A stretch of DNA of 64,000 bases from Dudresnaya verticillata (taxonomy: Eukaryota). Of the stretch, positions 1-10,809 are shown one piece after another. The notes under the pieces were generated by a model, which saw nothing but the letters and a program-made list of their open reading frames with translations, was not told where the DNA came from and searched no databases. How positions within the stretch are numbered: the stretch's first letter is position 1; each line of letters starts with the position of its first letter. Both the position numbers and the translations under genes were made by a program. Where the stretch lies: positions 1,488,001 to 1,552,000 of the forward strand of contig OZ374564.1 in NCBI GenBank assembly GCA_977862235.1, in the 5' to 3' direction.

Positions 1-3000
1 ACCATCCCGTGTTCGTCCTGGGCGTCACGGCCGCTGCAGGTTCCACAGGCAGGGCGGGGTTGTGTGGGGAGTTTGTCCGCCCTCGCGACTGTCTACAATG
101 CGATTCTCGATGGGCGAGGAAGCCACGCCGCCGATGCTGATTGGTGGAACAGACATCCATTCTTCAGACAAACAGAAGCAAGTACTGTAACGTGCAGATA
201 TTTTTCTCGTATAATCTCCCAGAGATTATCCAAGATCCTCATCACCACAGTTCAGGTTTAAAATATTTCGGTATTACATACAGTACCAGTACGGTACTAC
301 TGTACGTGATTCGAGCTTTATTGGGGGCCTCGCGCTAGGAAAATTGCAACTGTACCGTTGTTTGTGATTCTACTTTTCTGTGCGCACCTACTCCGAACTA
401 CGCTTGTAGGGCTGTTGACGGACGGCACGCCTCGAGGCGCAAGCCCCCGCGGTCTGCCAGCATTGCCGCGGACCGGCTGAACATCCCAGTCCTCGTAATC
501 GACTTGGGCATGCCCGCGCTCGACGCGGCGCAGTCCGCGGCGTCGCGGAGGTAGTGCGAGGCCTCCGGCAACCAGCCTCCCAATGTACTAACGGTACTAC
601 TGTACAGTATAGGCAATCTAAGCAGCCGCTCAACATTGGGATACATACTGCTCCCGAATGGCTTTCAGGGGATGCCAAATTAGAATATTCTTCAGAAAGA
701 CATCAAGACATCCCTACAATGGGATCTCAAAACTGTTGCAACGCTGCAGGATAGTTCCCTACAATGGCAACCTGTCGGGGAAACAGTTACTGCCAACGGC
801 CAGCCCCACGACCAAGCATGGCCAGCTCGTATCGACCTGCTGAATCTACACGAGGCAGAACGGCCAGTCTGACAATGCCCATTTGCTTCCCTCCGGATAA
901 GCCTCTACACAGTACTGGCTAATGTTCAGGGTCCCCTGACATGGTTCAGGCCTAAACGACTTTCCGTCCGGCCCCGACAGACTGCAGGACCGCGGGTGTG
1001 GACACATCCACCTGTTCACGTCTGTCTGAATCGAGGCGGAGCCCGAGATCATGTGGCTCACAAATACTGCGGGTCGCTTGGGATGCCCAGCTGTAGGAAT
1101 AATAAAGGAAGCCCGCTGGCGTCGGACGACGACAGCGAGGGACCACACTCCTCAGCCACGCGGTGACTTTGCCCTCCGCTTTACCAATCCCAACCTTTCC
1201 CTTTCTCTACCTCGTACCTTTTTTTTAGGCTTCGCGATCTTTCTCTTCAACGGCGGACGCTGCTATACCTCACAATAGATGAGTTCGACCCGTTGGATAT
1301 TACGAGCACTGCCCGCATGCATCAACTAAGCGATAATGGTCTTTGAGTCTAGCTCTGGTTTAGCTCTGGTCTCTGAGAGTTGACAAAGGCATTTTCATGA
1401 CGGTCGGGTCAACAAATGATCATCCTGGTCTCAAAATTTCTGTCGCTATGAAGCTCCTTGATTGTTAAGGAATGAATTTTTAAATTGCATACGTTCTTTA
1501 CTACAATACGGCTGTACTCTAGTAAAAGATGGCCCTTTATCGAATGCCATCAATTCTAGCATGCTGTGTTATATGCGGAGCATACCTCAACTATGCAATG
1601 ACGGAGAAGTAATGTGTTCCAATTCTTCGACACGTAGAGAATTACCAAAGTATGGGATTATGACTTCGTTCCCGACCAGAACGTCACCTTCTCCGACCTA
1701 TTTCATATTCTCCAACGAAAAGCCCTCTTAGTTCATACCCATAGAAACACAATGAAATAGTTATATTCTGGAACTACACTCAAGATATGTTTGAGTATTG
1801 CTTTTCGGTCGCATCTGTCCACCGTTACTCCACCACGACCGCTAGTATCCGCATCTGGACCGCGCTGGCTACACTATCGCGTTCTGCACTTGTCTGACCA
1901 TCCTCATAACATCTCCTTCGTTTCGTCGATCCCCACTAGTGCTTTATCCGCTTCATCCCATTTACTTCTGCCGCTCTTGGGCTGGTGCGCTTGCTAGTGC
2001 ACCTTCGTCGCTTCAGGACTGCCTTTATACGACAATAAAACTTAATCCTCGTAAAGATCTTATTAATATTCAGAATTGTCAGTGCTGACCTTGACGGACA
2101 GACACGCACATAGTGGCATTTATCTCCTTCTACTGATTGATTCTTTCAAGACGTAGTTAGTCTCCATTCATTCGCGACGGAAGAGAAGCTCAGTGCGGAG
2201 CTTCTGGGCTTCATTTCTATCCTACTCATCGTAAAGGATTTTCAACGATTCGGCAACTGTTTCATCAAACCGAGAGTGCGAGTTCGCTGGGTGACAATGT
2301 GTAGGGCGGAAACAATTCGCGGATACAATCAACTGTTGGTCACAGTGTCCAATTCAAAACTGCTGATGCCGCAGCAGGAGGGACACGATTCAGGCGTGTT
2401 GGGCATGGAAATATTTAGTTCCAGACTACCCTCTTTGTTATGCAACAGTATGCCTCGTATGCATGACTTGATTATCGTTACCAAAGTGCGATCAAAGTGT
2501 AATTTCAATGTTACCTGATGACGACTGAGTAAATATCAAAATGCGGCAGTTTGCAACTTTCAAAAGTCGCCTTCGAAACTTATCCTTTCCACCTTCATTA
2601 CTTTATTTCTTTCTGTCTCTCAAGGTTGACCATTCTATTGTTTTCCACCTTCGGTTCCTGCCCTTTCCTAACGGTTCACCTCTCTCTGTTCCTGTTAAAG
2701 CACATCTTGGCCATGACTTGCAGACATACTCGACAGTTCTCACTGGATAGCAATTGTAGCAATAAGCAATAGCTGGCTGTTTTCGACAGGACGTTTCGTT
2801 GACCACTCCGAGGCTAACAATCACATATTCTTCTTAATTTTTAGCTTCCTTTCTTCTGGAAAAATTTGCCACCGTTTGAATGTCCTTCTGTCTTGAACGC
2901 TGCTCTCATGGGATTGGGAAACTTCTGAACTATGCAATTACACCTTGCGACACACGGCTCATGTTGGAGCGAGAGAGTCTTGTAGGAGACTCTTTGTCCA

Positions 3001-3669
3001 TGATGCATTTTCAACTATGACATGTATAGCATGTAGACTGTAACTGAGCATCAAAAACCTGAGTGGCGGTCTTAGGAAGGATTATACCGTTGGGGTTGTT
3101 CCTCTAACTGTCTGATCCAGGTCCTCACACGTTGTGAAGCTGCATTTATTTTGCATATTGTTTCCGATGAACCACTGCGGGCATTACAAGTGGGACGCTA
3201 TGCCGGCGTACCATTACAAAATCCTACCTGGGGCCCCAGTGGCATTGTTGGGGATTATTTTCAAGTTGTGAGTTAGAGCCGTCATTGTACTTGAAATTAT
3301 ATTACTTCTCGTGATCAACCTCTTGCTTGCCAATATGCCTGCGATGCCGAAGCAGGCACACTCAAAATCAGGTTGAAAAAACTTATAAGTTACTAGTTAT
3401 AACATCAACTCTCGAGCATGCTCTTCTTGTGCGGTGTTTAGCGTCTGTTCTTCTGCTGGTCTAGCTCCAAGTTTTTTTTTGTCGTAGATCTTCCTTCTGA
3501 CGTCAATTTCTACACATTAATCCTCCCAAGTTGCAAAATTGAAACCCCCTATAGCGCCGGGCTTTCAGAACTGCAATCTTCTATGATCGCCAATGACCAC
3601 CGACTCTTTTCTCTATAGGTCTGCATCATCATATTCTTTTGGGATTTTCTGCCCAATTTTGATACGTGT

Positions 3670-3980
3670 ATGGAATTTACGTCAAGCACCCAGGTGCTCC
3701 TCGGCCGCTGGTACCTATGTACTTTTCCAGTGCCACCCACAGATAATAAAGCCCGAGACCTCTTGCGCATAGCAGCCAGTCCATTGCAGTTGCTCACGGA
3801 ACACGACACCTCTCCAAAACAACGATCCGCCCTGCAAGAGGCCGTCCTAGACATCCTCGCAATAAGCGAGACCTTGCAACAAAGACTGGCGGCCGTAGCC
3901 TAACCCCAAAATGGCTGGGTGTACACCAAATCGGTCCCCTGTGCGACCGCGGTGTCGTACACCATAACCAAATAAATTTA
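3670..3980 (+). mobile_element. 3' end remnant of a non-LTR retrotransposon (LINE)
   Basis: Translation 'LGRWYLCTFPVPP...LQEAVLDILAISE' matches the C-terminus 'AIRWHLCSFPIPP...SSAIDTIRQLCE' of the RT-bearing LINE at 21703-22967. Followed by a GC hairpin and an A-rich end (accaaataaa). Confidence 0.65.
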
Positions 3981-6196
3981 CAGCTTCACCAGGGTCAGCT
4001 GCAGCGAGATCTGTGGCACTGAACACGAAAGGATCTCGTTGACTTTGGTGCCTCCATGAAGGATCGCTATAAACGTTTACATTTGATACGACGTGATGCT
4101 GCCCTTTGTTGGTTGTTTAGAGTGGAGTTACGCGGGCAACTGGGGTCAATTCGCAGGCACACGTAGGAGTTCCAATATTTGAAAGATATAGAGTTTCAGG
4201 TGATTAAAACGTTAGTACTGACTAAGGTGTCAATTGAGATCCTTCTTCGAACTCTCTACGAAGGTCTGATTTTCGTACACGTCATCTACTTCCCACCGTT
4301 TTTTACAAACTACTGAAGGACAATGCATCCCAGTTCATCATCTCATACATCAGATCTATTGTGAATCGATACATAAATATTGGACTAGAGTAAAGTGTTG
4401 ATTTTTGTGATGAGCGAACCGGACCTAGATGCTATTTGCCGTCTATTGATGCCTACGTTTATTGCCTACATTTCCGTTTTTACAGTCACAGGCCTGATTG
4501 CGGACATACGTGAAACGATCGTTGCAAAAGCCAGGGTACCTCTGAGCGGTGCACGTCTGAGCGGTGATTGTATGAGCAAAAAAGAACTCCAAAGAAGATT
4601 TCCAAGACACTATATTTACATGCCCTGCTGCCAAAGCAGCCAGAATTTTCTTGAATATATAGCCATGCTAGTACTTCCGGGGTCCTTATTTACTTGAAGA
4701 ATCACTACTCCGAATGTAAATACAATCCCTAACGGTGACAGAGGTCCCCAGCGTTGTTGAATCTTGGTTGCACGCTCTTCAAAATTGAACCAGGCTTTGT
4801 AACATAGTGCCCTCCAGAACGACTGCAGTTGCACTATTATGGAAGAGTGCCAGATGAGCTACAGCCACAAAAGTAAAGTGTACCAGCTCTTAGTTTAAGC
4901 GCACATTTACAGTTACAGCACACACAAATTCTCCTTCACGTTAGTATCTTGTTGCAGCGAACAGCCTAGATATAGCTTCGTCTGTTTGCATATCCACAAC
5001 AAGACAGAGAGACGAGCTTCACACGACACGATTCACACACAGCAAAGCGTGCGCTTTACAAACGACAGCAAGAGTACGTTCACGGTACCGCATTCGGACG
5101 TTCACCTTCTTGAAGGCGTGTGCTTTGTAATAAATAAGATATTCGCACGAAAAAGTCGGGTCGAAGTGGAACAAGACTTTCAAAAAAGTGGGGTCGAAGT
5201 GGAACAAGGGCTTCTTGAAATGCCAAGATTAAATAGTTGAATACAACCTTAGCATTGATCTAGGTTGTGTGAGATGTTCTAAAATCACAAAAAGCAGTAC
5301 TAATATATTATACTCCAAACAGACACGTTTGCTGCATACTTGAGGCTGGAACTAGGCATGTGAATATTCTTATGAGGCAGCAAACTGAGAAAGGATTATG
5401 ACCTACTTGAAAAACTTATTCGGGGCAGCTCGCATTTATGGTCCCTCTTTGAAACAAAAATGTGTATAGATATTCAAGGTTTAGTATTGCTACATTGATT
5501 CATTGGGTCCGTGACTGCCCCTGTACCTGTATTTTTGACTTTCTAGGAGACTAGGTTTATAATGCATCTGCACGAATGCCGATGGTCGATTGGCAGACAT
5601 AGATCACGATGTTACTACTATGCCTGCATGTGCGTACAACAAGGAGATTGCAGCTAACTACAGTCAAACTGACATTCTGAAGGCGGAAATGTCGTCTAGA
5701 TTACAAGATTTATCAAGTAAGGAGAATAGTGAAGATGCAGTGGCCGTCTGTGATGTCTAACACCCTCTTTGTCTGACACTCTTTGATAGGAACACGTTGT
5801 GCAGCAAAACCCCGTCTCTGGTATTGTTGCTCAATCGTATTAACACAAAGAAATCCTTTATCTTTCTTTTTGTATACTCTTCATATGTGAGCTAATTAGA
5901 ATGGATATGGGTCGTTGCGGGGATTGATTTGACTTGACGTCAATACAGACAGAATCAGGCTGTAGACAGGAATTGGTTCTGTTCAAAGCAACAATCGCAT
6001 TGTCCCCCCAGCGGCCAGGTAAAATGCAGAACTACGGTCCCTCAAAACACTATTAGGACCCCTCAATGTGTCAAGCCAAAACCAGAGACACAAGCACGCA
6101 GTGTCCTAGTTTTCTTTGTCAACAAATCGAGCTACTCAACATTGCCGAAAGCATATGTTTTCCAAGTTTCAAGTGTTAAGCACATCCTGCACTAAG

Positions 6197-6643
6197 ATGA
6201 ATTTCAAGACGGTCTCCGCTATCGCTATTATGCTCTGCGTTACAAGCCATTTTGTATCTGCAACTAAAGTCCGCTCTGATTATTCCAAAATAATCGGAAC
6301 GCTTCCCAGCGAAGGAAAGATGTCAAAACATCGCGAATACGAGTACAGCGCCTCTTGCTCAAGCGGGAAACATTATTGCTGCGTAGCTGCCAGTGCGGGC
6401 GGGCGAAAATCCTGTGCACGGCTATACTGTCCAGGTGTTCGAGTCCCTTGCACTAAGGAGGAGGTGAAACGTTTTAGGGAAGAGGCTTTGGAGAAGATTA
6501 AGAAGTTTTGAGACAGCGGGATTCATCCATGCTGCGTTTTGTCTCGTATGGGCCCGAAGGGCATTAAGAATCGTAAGAAGTGTTTTAAGCTGTATTGTCC
6601 TAGTGATACAGGAGTTTGTCGAGTTGGAGTGTCTGGGCATTAG
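6197..6643 (+). CDS. Secreted cysteine-rich protein with two 6-Cys modules and an in-frame TGA at 6509-6511 (104 aa if terminated there, 148 aa if read through)
   Basis: ATG 6197 begins a signal-peptide-like MNFKTVSAIAIMLCVTSHFVSA. Module 1 is CSSGKHYCC-x10-CARLYCPGVRVPC. After the TGA the same frame continues DSGIHPCCVLSRMGPKGIKNRKKCFKLYCPSDTGVCRVGVSGH-TAG(6641-6643). Paralog at 14267-14896. Confidence 0.8.
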
Positions 6644-7342
6644 ACGGTTTGCCGTTGCAAGATCTACAAGTAGCCTTCAAAAGTCCATGTGTACGGAGCG
6701 TGTGCCCACGGACACTCATGATCGGCTAAGAACTGATTATTTGACATGCTTTCCCTGCTCCTACAACTTTTCCCTGCTTTCTCTTCAACTTCCTCTCTCT
6801 TAAGAAGGGTACCTCCCCTGTCGCTGAGAAACTATCTCTGCTCAGCCGACTTACAACTTTAGTTCCTCAGTGTATCGCAGTAGGCGTTAATCACTGCCTG
6901 CTTTGAAGTTCTTCTTTCTCTAGTTGCTTTTAGCTCTTACGGGGGGCTAGTCCTTTGTTTTACTGCGTAAAGATGTACCTCTTTTTTAGTTTCTCTCTCT
7001 TTTGCACATAAGCATACATGTGTTCAATTTACAAGTTACCGCGAAAGGATTTTCTCGAGTTCCAGAAGGAATGAATACCCTGCGGTTTTCTCAATTCTCC
7101 AAAAAGGCTCCCATTACCTTTTATCACGCGTGCGCTAGAGTCCTGTAAAAAATGTCGACGTTGTGAACTAACATCGCGTTACGACGTGCGTGTGGTTCCA
7201 GAATTGCTTCGGGGAAGGGCCGTGACCACTTTACAGAATATAATTAATCCTTTACCACTGTTATTGAAGGACGCAACGAACGGCGATGCATAAAGGAATG
7301 ATCAAGAAGCCATTTGAATTATCTCTCACAGTCACAGCTGGA

Positions 7343-7490
7343 CACAGCTGCATAGACTGCAGGTCAGAACGGAGCAAACATGACGCATTTTCAATTCTCC
7401 GCTTACGTTGCGTCCCCACAGCTGCATAGACTGCAGGTCAGAACGGAGCAAACATGACGCATTTTCAATTCTCCGCTTACGTTGCGTCCC
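7343..7490. repeat. Perfect 74-bp tandem duplication
   Basis: cacagctgcatagactgcagg...gttgcgtcccc occurs at 7343 and again at 7417. Confidence 0.95.
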
Positions 7491-7753
7491 CCTGTCTGCG
7501 ACTGTAATCAGAAGGTCAAGTCAGACGAGAAGATGTCGAATGCCAACAAAAGAAGATTGTTGAGTCGGTAAATGTCTGATGCCGATGAGCTTCGCAGTTC
7601 TTCTTCAACTGTTTGCTGCTGTTCTTACAATAATAAACATGTTGGGCATTCTCTACATCGCGCCTCATTTGAGTCTCTACCCTCTGGAGTTGGCGTCTGT
7701 TCGACTGGCTCATTTAGTTTAGGACAAAGCAATGCTGAGAGAGTCGACAAAAG

Positions 7754-7759
7754 AAAAAA
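7754..7759 (-). terminator. RNA polymerase III oligo(T) terminator of the tRNA gene
   Basis: TTTTTT on the minus strand 8 nt downstream of the tRNA 3' end. Confidence 0.8.
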
Positions 7760-7767
7760 GGGGAGAC

Positions 7768-7874
7768 TGGACCTGCCGGGCTTCGATCCCGGTACTTCTC
7801 GTAGATCCCGATGACTTCACGCCATCCGCTTGCACAATGCGAAACGAGCACTCTACCAATTGAGCTACAGGCCC
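7768..7874 (-). tRNA. tRNA-Ala(CGC) with a 34-nt intron (7804-7837)
   Basis: Minus strand reads GGGCCTG TA GCTC AATTGGTA GAGT G CTCGT TT CGC A [intron] T ACGAG AAGTA CCGGG ATCGAAG CCCGG CAGGTCC A. All four stems pair, with the G3:U70 alanine identity pair, discriminator A and intron at canonical 37/38. Confidence 0.95.
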
Positions 7875-8313
7875 ACCATTCTGATTTGTTTGTTCATTTG
7901 CGGCAAATTTCACGAATTTGTAATCATAATCCGAAGACAAGCGCTGCCAATCGAGCTGCGCGCTGCGGAACCCCTTTCTGAAAGAAATAGAAGCAAGACA
8001 GTTGCGCGCCTCAAGTCCAACCGCCATCCGCAGGACTTGTCAAAGTCCGCGCCGAGCATTAAAGGCCCCCAGTGCTAGTCGGCATCTTCCTCTAGTATCT
8101 ACCATCGTGCAAAGACGGCGAACAAAGTACGTCGAGTTCCGAGACACATCGCCGGCAAACCTTGCGCCGTTACGCCCAGCCGTTCAATGCATACCGTGCC
8201 TCTGCTTCAACAAGTATTTCCTTCCGCATCTCTAACTGCTCTGGGATAGTTGCGCATGTGCGCTTGTACGAGGTTATGCATTGCCTGTTTGAATGCAACG
8301 ACAATGTGATGAT

Positions 8314-8729
8314 TGTAACAACTTTTGCAGGTTATTTACCGTGATCCTACGCGGGCGACTTCGACCTAGGAACAGGCGCACCTTGGGGAGGTACAGTTGT
8401 GGGCTAACATTGCAGGGCATCCCAGGAGCGATGTTCCCCCCGGGAACCGCTCGTTACAGGTTATTTGGATCCTAAGTAGTGTGCGTGAGTCGGAGGGAGA
8501 GGGGTGTAGTCTACGGCGTGCCTCTCGGCGAGGGGATTTGGTTGTTGCTGAGTGCGCTGATCTGCTGGGTCGCATTTACAATAGCTTGCAGGTCGTCTGG
8601 AGTAGTGCTGAGGAGCATTCCCTTCTGAAGTTTTTCACTGTTGATTTGAAGAGCGGCTCGTTTTGCTGGGAATGTGGACGGTATTGGGAAAGATCCCGAG
8701 TCTCATCCTACAGCCAGCTTGCGGTCACA
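8314..8729. mobile_element. Probable old solo LTR
   Basis: TGTAAC...GTCACA termini, flanked by ATGAT / GTGAT (4/5 TSD match). No second copy in the window. Confidence 0.5.
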
Positions 8730-8789
8730 GTGATCCCGGATTAGGAGCGCAGGGGGCAGTAGGGGGTACATACCAGGGCGTTAAGATGT

Positions 8790-9595
8790 CCCCAGACGGA
8801 ACAAGCACAGGCTGAACTCTGCGCCCTTTCCAGGCCGTGAAGCAGACATTAGGTTCCCAACGACAGATGGGCTTCATATACTCCGCAATGCCCCTGGACT
8901 GCTCAGGTTTCCTACGACATGTTCATCAGGTCTTTTGTCTTTCCACGGGTGCACTCTGGTACCGTGCAGCAGAGACACCCTGTACGTCATCGATGACCCT
9001 GACAGCGCCTTGTTCCGCCTTTCACCCGCAACTGATCCGCAACGTATCGTCCAACACAAGTTGATCCATGGATTGCTTCGTGTGCAACTTGTACCCCCAA
9101 GCATTTCCGCGGAAAGAAAGGCGATGTGTAAGCTGTTGGAACTTCGCTCACTCCCATACCATGAAACTACTCATGGGGGTGCGCTAGATGTGTCATCGGA
9201 CCAACCTACTCGGCACATTAAGGAAAGCCCTGAAAGGTCGCGGGTAAGCATCGGGTCCAATACGAGAACGTTCCCTCCCGCTCTTCAGCTGCAAACACGC
9301 CACAACTGGAAGGTAGCCCGGCGTTTGTACCTCGGCACATTTCCGATCCCCAGAAAAGCCGTATCACCAATACCCAACTGCAGCAACCCTTCTCGGAGCT
9401 GGCTTCCCTGACTGATCCCAGTCCCCAACAGAGCTGCCCTGCTATCTACCACCGACGCGATTCGCGCCATTCGGGCCCTTCACGTCCCAGACCTCCTGTT
9501 ATCAAGAGAAATGTAGGCCTAACCCCCTTTCGACCAGAGGGTACAGATACGGACCATAGCTGCGTCCGCGGGGCTTCGTTAAATATAAATAAGCG
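8790..9595 (+). mobile_element. Decayed 3' portion of a LINE
   Basis: 'HGCTLVPCSRDTLYVIDDPDSALFRL' and 'ARRLYLGTFPIP' match 'HGCALVPYTNTVTEAIDSLDAAFFRL' and 'AIRWHLCSFPIP' of the LINE at 21703-22967. A-rich end near 9590. Confidence 0.7.
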
Positions 9596-10521
9596 GGACA
9601 GGGATAATATGTTCCCCGTTGGCGAAGATGGCAGTGCTCCAACCCAGTACTGGCATGGTTGTGTATAGTACAGCGGAAACCTCAAGAACAGCTACATCTA
9701 CATGGCGGTTTCCTTGGATGAGAGCAGCAGGTATTTTGTATGACGGGGTTGCGTTGGAATGAATGCCCATGGTTTGGTGAGAACACTCCCATGAAGATAA
9801 GGCAATTTTCAAGGAGCTTCATCCCCCTCTTTGCCCCGTCCGTTCTTACAGAAGCGTGAATTGTGGAATGAAAGATATCTACATATTTCCCGAGCTTGAA
9901 GGTATTCCCAAGACTGTGTCCCTGGGAGCCGGCGTGTAAAGTATCACGGCATTATCAATGACACCTGAGGGACCCATACAATAGCAGAAGTCTGAGTTGT
10001 ATTCTTCAAGATTCCCCTTCTGTAGCTAATCCTCTTTGAATCCAGCAAGACCTCCGCTTATTTTGGGTTGAAGTGCATATCTTTACAAATTCTTTTTAAA
10101 GCAGTTTCCGGTGTGAGCACGTAGGCGCATTGAGACTCATACCATGCACCCTGTCTGTGCGTCGAACGACCGCCATTGTGCATATGAATTTAGCTTCTTC
10201 TCCGAGTACGGATCTCTTGGGATAAGAGTATGGCATGTTGTGAGGAGGGATAGCACGAATTGTAGCCTATCAGACCCACTGCATGACACGGCTGGGAAAC
10301 AGAAAACGGTATTTTCCTTCAATCCATACTCTTGCGTCAACAGAAATGGTGTGTCGGTACGTTTGTGTCGCATTATATGGGGCGTCATGCTAGCAGTGCT
10401 GTGCCGGTATTTTCAGGTTTGTCCTGTACTTTCAACCGAACATGATTTTAAGAGGACTGCAACGGCATCACCAAAGCCATCTTTCATTGTCCTCACAACA
10501 TGAGCGTATGTCCTGACCTCT

Positions 10522-10809
10522 TATGACGACTGGAGGGGGGAACTCCGAGACGGAAAACTGAAAGGCAACCTACAGGGCGGAGGGAAAAGCTTCGGCTTCG
10601 ATGCCGGGGGTTTACTGAGAGGGATGGTCCAGTAACGGAGTAAATACTGCTGTACCGTGCCGGAGTAAATACTACTGTACCGCGACGGAATAAGGGACGG
10701 CGGCAAGTTCCAGCCACGTGGCCACGCTGCCACGGGCGGACACCGTGTAGGAATCCTCCAACAGGATCAATCCGAGACGGTGGAGGATAGCCATGCGCAG
10801 CTGGCTACA
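10522..10809 (-). mobile_element. Probable short solo LTR
   Basis: GC-rich block with T(A)TGAC...GCTACA termini, flanked by CCTCT / CCTCG. Contains the ctcagtaaac motif (minus strand) also seen in other LTRs here, and an internal 26-bp duplication (gagtaaatactRctgtaccg). Confidence 0.45.

Noticed and set aside
730..1274. GC-rich LTR-like remnant ending CCTCACA
   Set aside because: The 5' boundary and TSD could not be defined.
1792..2072. LTR-like block TGAGTATT...AATATTCA with AATAAA
   Set aside because: No TSD and no second copy.
5150..5208. 33-bp two-unit repeat (gggtcgaagtggaacaag) as a CRISPR-like array
   Set aside because: Only two units of a simple tandem duplication, in a eukaryotic context with no cas genes.
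6644..6900. SECIS element for the TGA at 6509
   Set aside because: ATGA at ~6718 is followed by AA after only 6 nt, and I could not form a canonical helix II.
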